Part shown: in pieces, positions 1-9,837 of the stretch
Numbering within the stretch: position 1 is the first letter of the stretch
Layout: each line of letters opens with the position of its first letter
NCBI GenBank assembly: GCA_051294375.1
Contig: JBJCIZ010000542.1
Coordinates: 1 to 15,070 of the forward strand
Reading direction: 5' to 3'
Origin: Paraspadella gotoi
Lineage: Eukaryota > Animalia > Chaetognatha
Length of the DNA stretch: 15,070 bases
The notes under the pieces: generated by a model
What the model saw: only the letters and a program-made list of their open reading frames with translations
What the model was told of the DNA's origin: nothing
The model's database searches: none
Translations under genes and position numbers: made by a program

Positions 1-92
1 ATCGCATCAATTATTGTTATTCATCGCATCAATATTTGATTATCATCGCATCAATCATTTGGTTAATCATCGCATCAATATTTGGTTATCAT
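1..92. repeat. Tandem repeat, 22-24 bp unit (core ATCGCATCAA), 4 copies, possibly truncated by window start
   Basis: ATCGCATCAA at 1, 23, 45, 69, each followed by a similar TATTTGGTTATC-like tail. Confidence 0.9.
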
Positions 93-518
93 TGAAGTAG
101 GCGAGATCCTATTCTTTATGATTTTTTATATCGATTCAAGTATTTTTATTGTTTGAATTTCCACATCATTATGATTTAACTGCAATATGCAAATTAGATT
201 ATAGTACTTTTTCATTAATTTTCTTTGATAAGTAAGGTCTGTCGAGATCCTTATACTTTTAAGATTTTTTTTTAATATGAAAGAATTATTACTCTTCTCT
301 TTTATTTATTTTGCAATTTAAATAATTAATAAAGACAAAGATAAGCCAGGGAAAACAAGACTGAAGGCAAGAGAAACCAAGAGTCGGAAAATCCTTCATT
401 TCGCCAAATCTTTTTCTATTTCAACCTCAGAATTCAAAGCCACCTTTGCAAAGGAAAAAAACGCTTAAGGGAAGGAGCACAAGTCCATGTTAATTCAAGA
501 TACTTAGGCGACGGAAAA

Positions 519-625
519 CCTTACCTTACCTTACCTTACCCATAACGCTTTTCAAAGCAATGCTATACAGTATACACGATAGCTCGGCGTCTTCACTGAG
601 AGCTGAAAACTGATAGGATGACTCA
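519..625 (-). mobile_element. Possible 3' end of a LINE/SINE: short stem-loop followed by (GTAAG)n tail
   Basis: (CCTTA)n at 519-540. The minus strand reads ...CTGTATAGCATTGCTTTGAAAAGCGTTATGG(GTAAG)4, with a GCTTT-GAA-AAGC type hairpin just before the tail. Resembles the stem-loop plus microsatellite 3' ends of L2/CR1-type elements; family assignment is inference. Confidence 0.35.
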
Positions 626-1098
626 ACAGTTATTAGTTTTTATTTTTTAAAAACTTGCTTTACCGTGTTTCTTATATTTAGAAAAATTTAAAAGAGGAAT
701 GCAGGAGGTGGCAGAAGGTGCCAGAGAAAAAAATTCTTTCAATTTAGCCAAAAAAGATTAGACCCATCACATATTTAAAAAAAATTATAATACAAAATTG
801 AATTTTGATAAGATAAGATCGGGACATGATTATCAGTTTTGATCCTGATTTCAAAGGGATATCCTATTAGTGGGGATGAGCATCGTTTCTAACAACTCAT
901 TGTTTTATATCAAATTTGGTAGCGTTCGATAGACAATTGCAAACATTATCTACATGCATAATTTCATCATAATCCGACAATCCGTTCAAAAGTAATCGCC
1001 AAAAAAGCAATTGCAAAAATCGCTCTTCAAACCGATCAACTTTCCTTTAAAATCGAGCTCGTTTTGAATCCAACAAGAAGTTAGTACTATGTGTAGTA

Positions 1099-1834
1099 CT
1101 AAGCCATCACGCATAAAACGGGGTAAATCTTTTCGCAATCGAGTAAACAAAAAGATTTCGAAATCTTCTTACCGTTTTTTTTAAATTTCAGATTTTTTTT
1201 TCAGGATTTCTTTTTTCTATATTTTTATTCCTGTAATTTTTTTAAAAAGAATTAATTACTAATTACTAAGGCTTTTATTAAATAATCTATACAAAATATC
1301 GAGAATGGTTTATTTCTTTAAACCTTTCATTCAAAAATTCAAGTCATTGCTATGGTAAGAAAGAAGAATAAGAGGAGGATGAAGCAGATGATTAGGTGAA
1401 AATCAGAGAGAGAGAGAGAGAGAGAGAAAGAAAAGAAGAGAGAGGTCGCGTGTTGATGCTGCCACAAGAGTTAGCAGGTATAGTTGGCGCGGTCAAACCA
1501 GAGTCATCAGAATATTCGGAGAATCTAATAATTTATGGTAAAAAGACAGATAATCAAAAAAGAAAGTAAAATCAGTTAAATTCTGTCAAGAATTCTTTCA
1601 AGAAGACTGTTCTCATTTCGTGCGGGCCATACCGTGAGACATATCCATGAATTTCAGTAACGAGTTTGAAAGGTTTTTCATCCTCTTGAATTCGCCGTAT
1701 GCGAACAAAAAATTTGTTCAGGGAAATTAATAAAACGAAGAAAAGATAACTTAATTCGCGAATTCCAAACTCGGTAAACGATAAAACTATTTCTTTTTCG
1801 GTTTACCGCCTCCGTTTTATGCGTGATGCTTTAG
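1099..1834. mobile_element. MITE-like element bounded by inverted repeats
   Basis: Perfect 17-bp inverted repeat CATCACGCATAAAACGG (1105-1121) / CCGTTTTATGCGTGATG (1812-1828), extending imperfectly to 1099-1127 / 1802-1834. Non-coding interior; no clear TSD. Confidence 0.55.
1405..1427. repeat. (AG)n microsatellite
   Basis: Direct reading. Confidence 0.95.
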
Positions 1835-1894
1835 AACCGGCCGCACAGTTGAGATCCTGGGCCTGAATTTTTTCAGAAAAATCCCGATTCAGTT

Positions 1895-2645
1895 AAAAAT
1901 AATCTTTTTTTAATATATTAAATCATTAAAAAAATTTTTTTTTTAAATTTATTTAAATATTAAAAAACTTAAACACACACTTTTTTTATATATTTAAATA
2001 AATAAACAATAAACTTATTTATAATAAAATATACTAATATATTATCAGATTATAATAAATAATAATAAATGCAATAATCCAATAATAAAACTAATAAATA
2101 TATAATAACTAACAAAATAATTAATTATAAATTAAAAAAATAAATTAAAAAATAAAATATTTATGTATTTTATTTATTATTATTTATTATCTTACTTCAT
2201 TAAATAAAACCAATTTATGTAAGTTACCTTAATTAATCATATATCAATAAGCATACTAATTAGGTACAAATTATTTTATTAATTACAACTAAGTTATTCT
2301 AATACCTTATATATTAAAAGACTTTTATCCATTCTTATGATAAAATTAGCTAATTTATAATAGTTACTAATCAACATTATATTCATATACTACAATATAA
2401 ATAAACCACTTTAGGATACCGTTCTAGATCATAAGTTAAAATCATAATCTTTCTACCTGCTAGCTAAAATAATTTACAATATATATTTAATACTTTTACA
2501 ATACCCCTTAATACTCCAGATGACATAAAACTATTTTCTAATACTCATTCACATATTAAAAGCCTACACATTCATATACTAAACTATTAAACACTCTTAT
2601 ATATTATATATTTATACATATATTATATATTTAAAAATTTATTTT
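1895..2645. repeat. Extremely AT-rich, G-depleted low-complexity tract
   Basis: Runs of A/T with very few G on the + strand; no ORF in the track. Confidence 0.8.
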
Positions 2646-3292
2646 TCTAGCATTGGACTCACAAGCAACACTGTGCGACGATTTTTTTTTTTCAATACAA
2701 GTTTTTATTGACTTTTTTAAATTTTGCTTATATTGAGAAAACGCTTCTGAATAAGCTCGCGCTCTACCTGATTTGAATAGTAAAATCAATACAGTTTTCT
2801 GTACAATTTGTGCAACTTCAAAAATTGGAAAAAAAATGATAGGCTTGACTTATGCTATTTTCACCTAAAAAAACCAGTTCATTTGATTGCTTTATCAAGC
2901 AATTAAGATGCAAGAATTTAATATTTAGCTTTTTTTTCATACATGTAGAGAAGACAATAAGGTTTCGGAAACTGTACCTAACTATGTATGATTTGGTCTA
3001 ATTAGCATTTACTCAAGAGCCAGGAGGTTTTTTTTCTTGGATAGGGCAAAAAACGCGCCCTGACCAGTCAATTTTAAATACCATTTTTGGCATGATAAAA
3101 TGGGAATTTCGATCGCGCTCTTCCTCCATTGGCTTCCCAAGACGCCAAGCTTCGAAATCTGCCCATTATTGACATAATTTTTGTTTTGGCCTCTGACTAT
3201 GCAGTTTTGAATAGAAGTGAAATATAAAGGAATCTTGATCGGAGCCTTCGATCGAACGATGCTCATCTCTAATATAGTAGCAGTTTAGATTA

Positions 3293-3365
3293 TTTCTAAT
3301 ATCATTTGATTCGGTTAGCATAAAAGTTTTTTTCTAATATCTTTTGATTCGGTTAGCATAAAAGT
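3293..3365. repeat. Tandem duplication, ~35 bp unit with 38 bp period
   Basis: TTTCTAATATC(A/T)TTTGATTCGGTTAGCATAAAAGT at 3293-3327 and 3331-3365. Confidence 0.9.
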
Positions 3366-4597
3366 AGATATGTCGCTCGCGAAGAAAAAAAATTCGAGCG
3401 ATCGAAATTTTTTTCCGCTTTTTTTGGTTCATGACGAAAGTTACACCAGTAGCGCTTTAAATACTTGCCAACTACGAATGGTTTTTAGATAGTAATGGTT
3501 TTTAGTATCTAAAATCGGTGGAACAACATAAATCCATAAATATTTTAGTAGTATTTAAAGCCATTTAAAACGATTATTCCGCAAGCGGTTTTCCTTTGAT
3601 TTGTATTTTTTTTCGTATTTTTACTGTAAATACTGAGGAATATGTTTAAATTTATTACAGTTTCCTACTCTAAGACAATCATTGAACTCATTTCTAATGC
3701 AAAAAAGACTATAAATAATGGTCCTGGTACAATATTGAGCATTTTTAAAACCGGTCCTCTACTCGAAAATGTCCGTTCATTGCTATATTTTACCAATATT
3801 TGCACCTGATCCCAACAAATAAACTAAAAAGTGTTATTAGTATTTGAACCTCTAATGTCCTAGGTATCTTCCTTTGCGGGAACAAAGAAAATCGGTAAAG
3901 GTCTTGATATGAAACAAAGCCAGTAAAAACATAATACTACATTTAAGAATTTATGTTAACTTTAACTGTCCCTCGTCTCGCACTGGTACTAAAAAGAGAA
4001 CTTATCACAAACATATAATTAGTTTAGTGTCTTGCCAAGCGGCTAAACTCTTTAGCTGATTAAAATTATCTCATTAAAAAGTCCTAAACTAACTTTTAGT
4101 GGAGGCATTATTTGCACCTGAAGACGACGTTAACTCACCATTATTATTTGACATCTGGATAGTTCAGTGTCTGAACTTTCCAAATCTGGGGGAACAAAGG
4201 CGTAGTTTTCGTGGTTTCATCGTGAAATTTATTATTTAATGAAGCTGGTTTCGCTGTTTTTTCTCTGTTTTCGCTACTCGTTGCTCCTCGTCGCTACTCG
4301 TCGCTTTCGAAATTTTTCCACCGCCTAATCATCTAATGCGTGATCAGGTCCTCGTTCAAAACCAAATTTCTCGTGTTATCGTGTCTCAATATCACTTTTC
4401 TATCAGTGGCAGCATACTGCTGCTCCAGCGGCGTAAGCAGCAGCAGCGCCATGCTCCCTCCAAACCACGGTTGCCATGGAAATCGCTCAAACATCAACAC
4501 TCGCCACGTGTTTTTTCGAAAAATCACGCGTTCTTCTGTTAGTAATATTTAATTAGCCTCCCAATTTAGTAATTAACTTTCGTTCAAATTTTGTCTC

Positions 4598-5778
4598 TCT
4601 CGATAAATGATCGGCGGCATTTAAGTTGATGAAAACAAACAAACAAAAATGACTTCTCGCGATGATTTTTGATCGTAACCGACGCAAGAGAGAATGACGT
4701 CGTGCAAACGTGCGCGCGCAGTCCATGGAACGCCGTTGGCGGAGATGGATCACGGGAAGTGCAGAGTGTCTGAGCATCATGCGGAGCACACGAAAGATGG
4801 ATTGAAATACAATTTTTATACACGAAACGCGGCCGACCGATCGTGGACGAAGAGACGACGAGACGCGAGTTGATCGAGAACATTCTAAACCACTATGCAT
4901 GCCTTCAATGGCTCCGCGATCAGGGCGTCGATGTGGAGATGACGTCGATCATGATTTCCCTCTGAGATTGCCGCTGCCAGACGACATGCCCCACCGCTTT
5001 CGACGGACGAAGACGGGAGACCTCTTTGCGAGGTTATGAGGCCGACAATGGCTGACGCGTCGTTGGAAACCGCGGCGCCGCCGACTGTTACATTTTCCGA
5101 CGCCAAATACTGTGGCGGCACGATCGACCAGTCCCGCCGCCGAGAAGCCGCACGCCGCCCGCTTTGCGGGAGCTATTTTGTCGCCTGGATGCCATGATTT
5201 CGCTCTGATTCGAATCCCGGAATGCAACAACTACACGATCATCAGGAAATTGGGCGTCGTGAGGGCGTGGGCCGACGCCGAACGGAACCATTTCCGGGAA
5301 GGAGTTTCGACGTCTTTGGGCTTATCGAATGCTTCTGCCATGCAGCCGCCGCCGCCGCCGCCAGGATTTGCTTCGAGAGCTCTGCGCGCCGGGTTCGATA
5401 GCACCACTTGCTTTTTAAATTTTATTTTATTTATATTAGAGCGAATGGTGATGCTGTGATTGAATGGATGTCATTTAGTGAGGATTTTGATGTCGATTTT
5501 TTTCTGTGATGGTAAATGAATGTCCGAATTTATTAGGTGGTGATGTGAAGGCATTCAATGACATAGAAATAAAAGGTGAAAGTGTTACCTTATTCCGTTC
5601 TCCCAGGAGAGGCCGAATATAGTAGCTGGACAGACCGACTGAAAATCAAAAATCGAAATTTTGTAAAACTTATGTTTTTGTCGACTCTAGAGTAGTTTCA
5701 TACTGGCTTAGTATAGATATAAACATTATTGTTCGTTTCATACCATCAACTTTAAATGCCGCCGATCATTTATCGAGA
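4598..5778. mobile_element. Inverted-repeat-bounded segment enclosing a GC-rich, degenerate coding-like island
   Basis: 4598-4631 TCTCGATAAATGATCGGCGGCATTTAAGTTGATG is the reverse complement of 5744-5778 apart from one indel. Similarity continues ~20 bp inward (AAACAAACAAAAATG vs AAACGAACAATAATG). Interior ~4650-5400 is much more GC/CpG-rich than the flanks. Confidence 0.55.
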
Positions 5779-6113
5779 AGTTTGGAACCGAGCGACGAAA
5801 ATTAGAAAATTCGAAAAATGTCAGAGGCTAAAAATATTTTCGCGATATTATTATTATTAGAAATACACAGGGTGAGGTTATCCCTACCGAAAACCTTTTC
5901 TCTGAGGAGAAACGAAATGAAATGAATTTATTTTTGAAAGGGGGAAAAGAGGGCCCTTGGTAAAAATATCTAAAATATCTAAAATAAATTCAGATGAGTC
6001 AGAAATCTTCCTTTAGAATCTTTTTGGGCCCTGGATCTGAAAGTGGAATCCGCTGCACTCAGGGGTTGAAACTCAAGAAGCAAAACGAATCCGCCTGCAG
6101 GATGGCAGTGTAC

Positions 6114-6267
6114 AAAGGTCAAAGTTGTGAGAGGCACAAAAAGGCTAAGGGTTGTGAGAGGCACCAAAAGGCTAAGGGTTGTGAGAGGCACCAAAAGGCT
6201 AAGGTTGTGAGAGGCACCTAAAGGTTAAGGTTGTGAGAGGCATTCAAGGTCAAGGGTTGCGAGAGGT
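6114..6267. repeat. Minisatellite, 26-27 bp unit (GTTGTGAGAGGCACCAAAAGGCTAAGG), ~6 copies
   Basis: GTTG(T/C)GAGAGG at 6124, 6151, 6178, 6204, 6230, 6256. Confidence 0.95.
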
Positions 6268-6459
6268 TTAATTGTAATTGTTTAATTGTAATCGGAGCAT
6301 TGCTCCTGCTGCTGTAATTGTATATCTCAACTAAATAATACGAAGAAAAATGTACGATAAACGTAACATCGACCGATGATTTATTAGCAAATAAATCGAA
6401 ACTTGAAATAAAGAAAACGATTTCGAAAATATAGAATTGCCGAAGCTTTCGCAAATAGG

Positions 6460-7490
6460 GAGCGAAAGAAATTCTCAAATTTCAAAACGACTTGACCGAG
6501 ATAAAAAAGTGGAAATCTTGGATCACTAACGACGAATCTCGGCCAACGAAGAGCGACGCTCTACAATTAGAGTCGCTTTTTAAAATAAATAGTTAACAAA
6601 TTATTTTTAGATTATTTATAAACGAAGCTGATATATATTGATAAACTTAAAGAAAAAACATTTGCTCATATGATGTGAAGTTTGCTATCAGTAGATAATC
6701 ACGAGCAACGATAGAAAAAAAAATAGTTTAAATACATCGCGATCGGACCTGATCGAAAGCACTTGTAAATTTCACCCTAACGTCTGATCCGGTTGTTTGA
6801 TTATACGTACAAACCTAAAAGTATGAATGGTTAAATGCAATAAATTTTAACAAAATACATATTGGTACAATCGAGTCATTTCTGAAAATACAATGATCAT
6901 AATTGTACATTAATACTTTATAAGTTATTCTAAAAATGAGTGTTGAGGCGAAATCTTTTCTCTGACAGCGTTTTCACACTAATCTTAATAGATACTAAAC
7001 AGCTGAGTGAATGATGGAAAAAGTACACACGAATATGGACATTGTAATTTTAATACTGTTTTTAAAATTATATCGACAATGTACTTTACGCCTGAAATGC
7101 GACGACGAATTACGGACGAAATCAGAAACTGTCATGTTTGTGGGAGTTACAACATAAAACCGACCTTGAAGGAGAAACCATCGACTAAATACCGTTTGCA
7201 CCGAGACAAATACTTTCTCGCGATTTGTTGGGCCCGATAGCAAACTCGAAGGGATATAAATATATATTCACTGCTAAATACGCTTATAGTAGGGAATCCT
7301 TTTTATACCATTGAAGATGTCGCAGAAGATTTTCTTAAGATATTCGAATCTCATGGAATTTGGGACTTCGTTTCGATCGATGTAAATGTGACTCAACGAA
7401 AGATCGATCGAACTATTTTGAGAAAATTTGAGTACAAGTACAACAAAGTACGTATGTCAGTAGACATCAACCGTACTCGGAACGATTAAA
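6460..7490 (+). pseudogene. Degenerate Ty3/gypsy-like pol fragment (linker, HHCC zinc-binding domain, N-terminal half of integrase core)
   Basis: ORF 7007-7240 contains HEYGH...YFTPEMRRRITDEIRNCHVC (integrase H2C2). Shifted frames continue DLLGPIANSKGYKYIFTAKYAYSR (D..GP....G.KY) and DVAEDFLKIFESHGIWDFVSID (HG.P..I.SD-like). 6460-6640 reads EILKFQNDLTEIKKWKSWI, like the RNase H-integrase linker. Multiple stops and frameshifts. Confidence 0.8.
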
Positions 7491-7897
7491 TCAAATCTGA
7501 CTGATTCGAATTTTGAAATGGTTAGATAAAGAACCCGACTTACGAAAGTGGTCCGACATTTTGAAGGAAGTCGAACTCTCCATAAACATGAGTCCGTGCG
7601 TCTCGTTAGCGGGAAGGAGTTAGTGTTAGACAATAATTTGTACGATGCGGACCGAAACTCACCTGAATGCTCAAGGAACGCGAGTTTTAGCGGAACTCGT
7701 CGACCGGACTGCTGTTCTGCGATACTGATCAGCAATTCCAAGATGACATTTTACTTACAGCATCTTAGGGTTTTTTCCGCAAAATCTGTCGATTCTGAGA
7801 AAAAACAAGTCCTGACGCTTTCCATTGGCTTAAAAGGATGCGGTTTTTTTTGTTTTATCAATGTCAGTAAGTACCCCATCTTTTAAAACTAATAAAA

Positions 7898-8185
7898 GAG
7901 TTGAAAATATTTTCTTTATCATAAATAAATGCAAGTCACAAAAAGTCACAATTAAAAGTTGTCTTTAAAAAATTATTTGTGGCTAAACGAAAAGAGTTTT
8001 TTTGATAATTTTGTAGGTGTTAAAAGCTTATTCTGTGGACTATATTTTCTGTTAGTTTAAGCCAATTTAAATTAATTTTTGTTTAATAAATTATACTAAA
8101 AACTAAAACTGCGACTTTTTTGACTTGTCAACTTTAAAATTTATTCATAAGTGAACTATGAATGATATAAGGAAATATTTTACTC
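7898..8185. repeat. Imperfect ~290-bp foldback palindrome (MITE-like)
   Basis: Nested inverted pairs 7898-7922 / 8163-8185 and 7932-7953 (CAAGTCACAAAAAGTCACAATT) / 8107-8127 (AACTGCGACTTTTTTGACTTG). Confidence 0.5.
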
Positions 8186-9201
8186 AAGGGTGAAGAAGAT
8201 AAGGAAGAAAGGAATTCCAAAATAAAAAAATTTTCTCAACTTTCCTTGGCATTCAACTTTGAAGACGAAAGTGAAAATGGACAAAAATGGACATGATTTT
8301 TTTTCCTAAAAGTTGCAAAAATGTTACTCTTATATGATTAGAAATAGCTGGAGATGGTTTTACCAATCCGTATCTCGACCTAATTTATATTATGGTGCAA
8401 ATTAAATTATTTTGTTAATAGTAACTGAACAATACTGGAAAAAGTAGTTTTTTCTCTGAATGCGAGGATCGTAAGCAGAAGGCCAAGAAACTTATTAGTA
8501 ATATCATCGAATATCATCGAAAACCCGTAAAAACGGGATCCAAAAGCAGGCAAACATTTTTTATTGAGTCTAAAAACAGGACTGAAAAGTGTTCTTGTTT
8601 CTCTCCAAAAATCAACTATTAAATACTGTGAAAATGTTGACTGGACAGACAAATGACCGGTCAAACTCGAATACTAAGGGAATGAGGGAGAGAGAGAGAG
8701 AGAGGCAAAGCATTTTCTCAAAGTGACTTACCAACAAGGTAATGGGTGGCGAACGACAGACCGACAAAGTGAATTATGGAGCCTCAAATCTAAAGGGACT
8801 GCTAGCGCCGTCTTCGGGAAATCCTAAAATTATAAATAATAAAAGACAGAATTCTGATGCAGTACGTGTCATATCAGTATGTAGTCAGTATGTAGTCATG
8901 TCATGTCGCGCCATGTCCCGTAATAATAATAATAATAAACCGACTTTGTTAAATAAAATTTTTATTTTATATTAAGAAATCAAGATTTTTAAAAAAATTA
9001 AACATAAACCCAACATCTAATTTAGTTCTACTACTATCAACTCTGCGCGAAATTATGATAAAAAATAAGATGATTAATTTTCTAATAAAGAAATGAAATG
9101 ACTTTTAAAAGTATGCTACTTGAACGAGAAAACTTTTGATAAAGAAATTAAGGGACATTGTTGGCCAAAAATTGGATGACAAGAACAACAAATAAAATTA
9201 A

Positions 9202-9415
9202 TGTGGAAGACGATGCCGCGAGCAGTTTACCGTCCGTTGCACACAAGGTCCCGAACTACAGGTGGGTTAGACGCCCCGTCCCGCTTTTACTTGTGTGAAT
9301 CAGCAGGGCGCGAACCCGAGTCCTTTGGGTTGGGAGGAGTTTGTGCTACCTCCGGCGCCATAGGTGCTGCTGATTCTCGGAAGAGTAGTGAAGTATGAAA
9401 TACTACCACTACACA
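9202..9415 (-). repeat. 3' LTR of TRIM (214 bp)
   Basis: Same termini; lacks 25 bp present in the other copy (deletion between ACT microhomologies). Confidence 0.88.
9303..9367 (-). promoter_or_regulatory. tRNA-derived module (A/B-box Pol III promoter-like) in LTR; second copy at ~9730-9789 has a 5-nt A-box deletion
   Basis: Minus strand parses without gaps onto tRNA numbering: GCACCTA TG GCGC CGGAGGTA GCAC A AACTC CTCCCAA CCCAA AGGAC TCGGG TTCGCGC CCTGC. Matches include T8, G10, G18G19, A21, C32 T33, A37, G53 T54 T55 C56 G57 and C61. The anticodon and acceptor stems do not pair, and A14 and A58 are both C, so this is not a functional tRNA. Confidence 0.75.
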
Positions 9416-9424
9416 TCCCCCCCT
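9416..9424 (-). promoter_or_regulatory. Polypurine tract AGGGGGGGA
   Basis: Directly abuts the TG start of the 3' LTR on the - strand. Confidence 0.8.
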
Positions 9425-9590
9425 AGGCATCACACACCCGCGCAAGTGTGATGGCTATGATGCACGCGTTGTGCCCAAGCACTCTAGGAGGGGCTGCCTA
9501 TTCCTGGTCCCGTCTTCACACACGATGGTCGAGGGCAGAGGTGTGTTAACATGCCCGGGCAGAGGTGTATTAACGTGCCAGCGTGTTCGT

Positions 9591-9602
9591 GTGGGCTCAC
9601 CA
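9591..9602 (-). promoter_or_regulatory. Primer-binding site TGGTGAGCCCAC
   Basis: Begins with TGG (complement of tRNA CCA) 1 nt after the LTR's terminal CA. Cognate tRNA not identified. Confidence 0.75.
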
Positions 9603-9603
9603 A

Positions 9604-9837
9604 TGTGGAAGACGATGCCGCGAGCAGTTTACCGTCCGTTGCACACAAGGTCCCGAACTTCGGATCGGGCTGTAGTCCGACACTACAGGTGGGTTAGACG
9701 CCCCGTCCCGCTTTTACTTGCGTGAATCAGCAGGGCGCGAACCCGAGTCCTTTGGGTTGGGAGGAGCTCGTGCTATACGCTATAGGTGCTGCTGATTCTC
9801 GGACGAGTACTGGGGTATGAAATACTACCACTACACA
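9604..9837 (-). repeat. 5' LTR of TRIM (234 bp)
   Basis: Minus strand TGTGTAGTGG...TCTTCCACA; matches 9202-9415 except a 25-bp indel, a 5-bp indel and about 10 substitutions. Confidence 0.88.

Larger units (their letters stand above)
871..3271. mobile_element. Possible old non-autonomous DNA transposon with hAT-like TIRs
   Basis: 871-887 TGGGGATGAGCATCGTT vs reverse complement of 3255-3271 TAGAGATGAGCATCGTT (15/17 identical). TAGRGATG is a hAT-like terminus. No convincing 8-bp TSD. Confidence 0.35.
9202..9837 (-). mobile_element. TRIM (non-autonomous miniature LTR retrotransposon) with tRNA-derived sequence in its LTRs
   Basis: Two direct repeats (9202-9415, 9604-9837), both TGTG...CACA, with a 188-bp non-coding interior. 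On the - strand a TGG-initiated PBS starts 1 nt after the 5' LTR and a PPT lies immediately before the 3' LTR. Confidence 0.88.

Noticed and set aside
519-540. Telomeric repeat
   Set aside because: Unit is CCTTA/TAAGG, not CCTAA/TTAGG, and only ~4 copies.
5190-5246. Minus-strand CTGATGA...GAAA hammerhead candidate
   Set aside because: No stem II pairing and no suitable stem III/NUH site.
4333-5459. Cluster of short overlapping ORFs on both strands
   Set aside because: Expected in GC-rich sequence; none has a recognisable domain, so none was called as a CDS.
6114-6267. CRISPR-like array or repeat-protein ORFs (5994-6221, 5979-6194)
   Set aside because: Head-to-tail units without unique spacers in a eukaryotic context; the ORFs are by-products of the 27-bp period.
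6552-6577. Hairpin AGCGACGCTCTA-CAAT-TAGAGTCGCT followed by T run (terminator or Helitron end-like)
   Set aside because: Lies within the decayed pol reading frame; no supporting element boundary.
8750-8830. Helentron/DINE-like motif (ACAGACCGACAAAGTGAATTAT...)
   Set aside because: Only a vague resemblance; no clear hairpin or subterminal inverted repeats.
7457-8975. Short ORFs 7457-7741, 7548-7886, 8407-8664, 8742-8975
   Set aside because: No recognisable motifs; composition consistent with non-coding or decayed repeat DNA.
9303-9367. Functional tRNA-Gly(CCC) gene
   Set aside because: Anticodon and acceptor stems do not pair; A14 and A58 are altered.
9201-9725. ORFs 9201-9398 and 9471-9725
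   Set aside because: Chance frames on the antisense strand of the non-coding TRIM; frame is not conserved between the two LTR copies.
9202-9837. Retrozyme or self-cleaving ribozyme in the TRIM
   Set aside because: Checked both strands by eye for hammerhead, HDV-like, twister, twister-sister, pistol, hatchet and hairpin cores; only partial matches (e.g. CCCAAGC..GAGGG at 9474-9492) without the required pairings.
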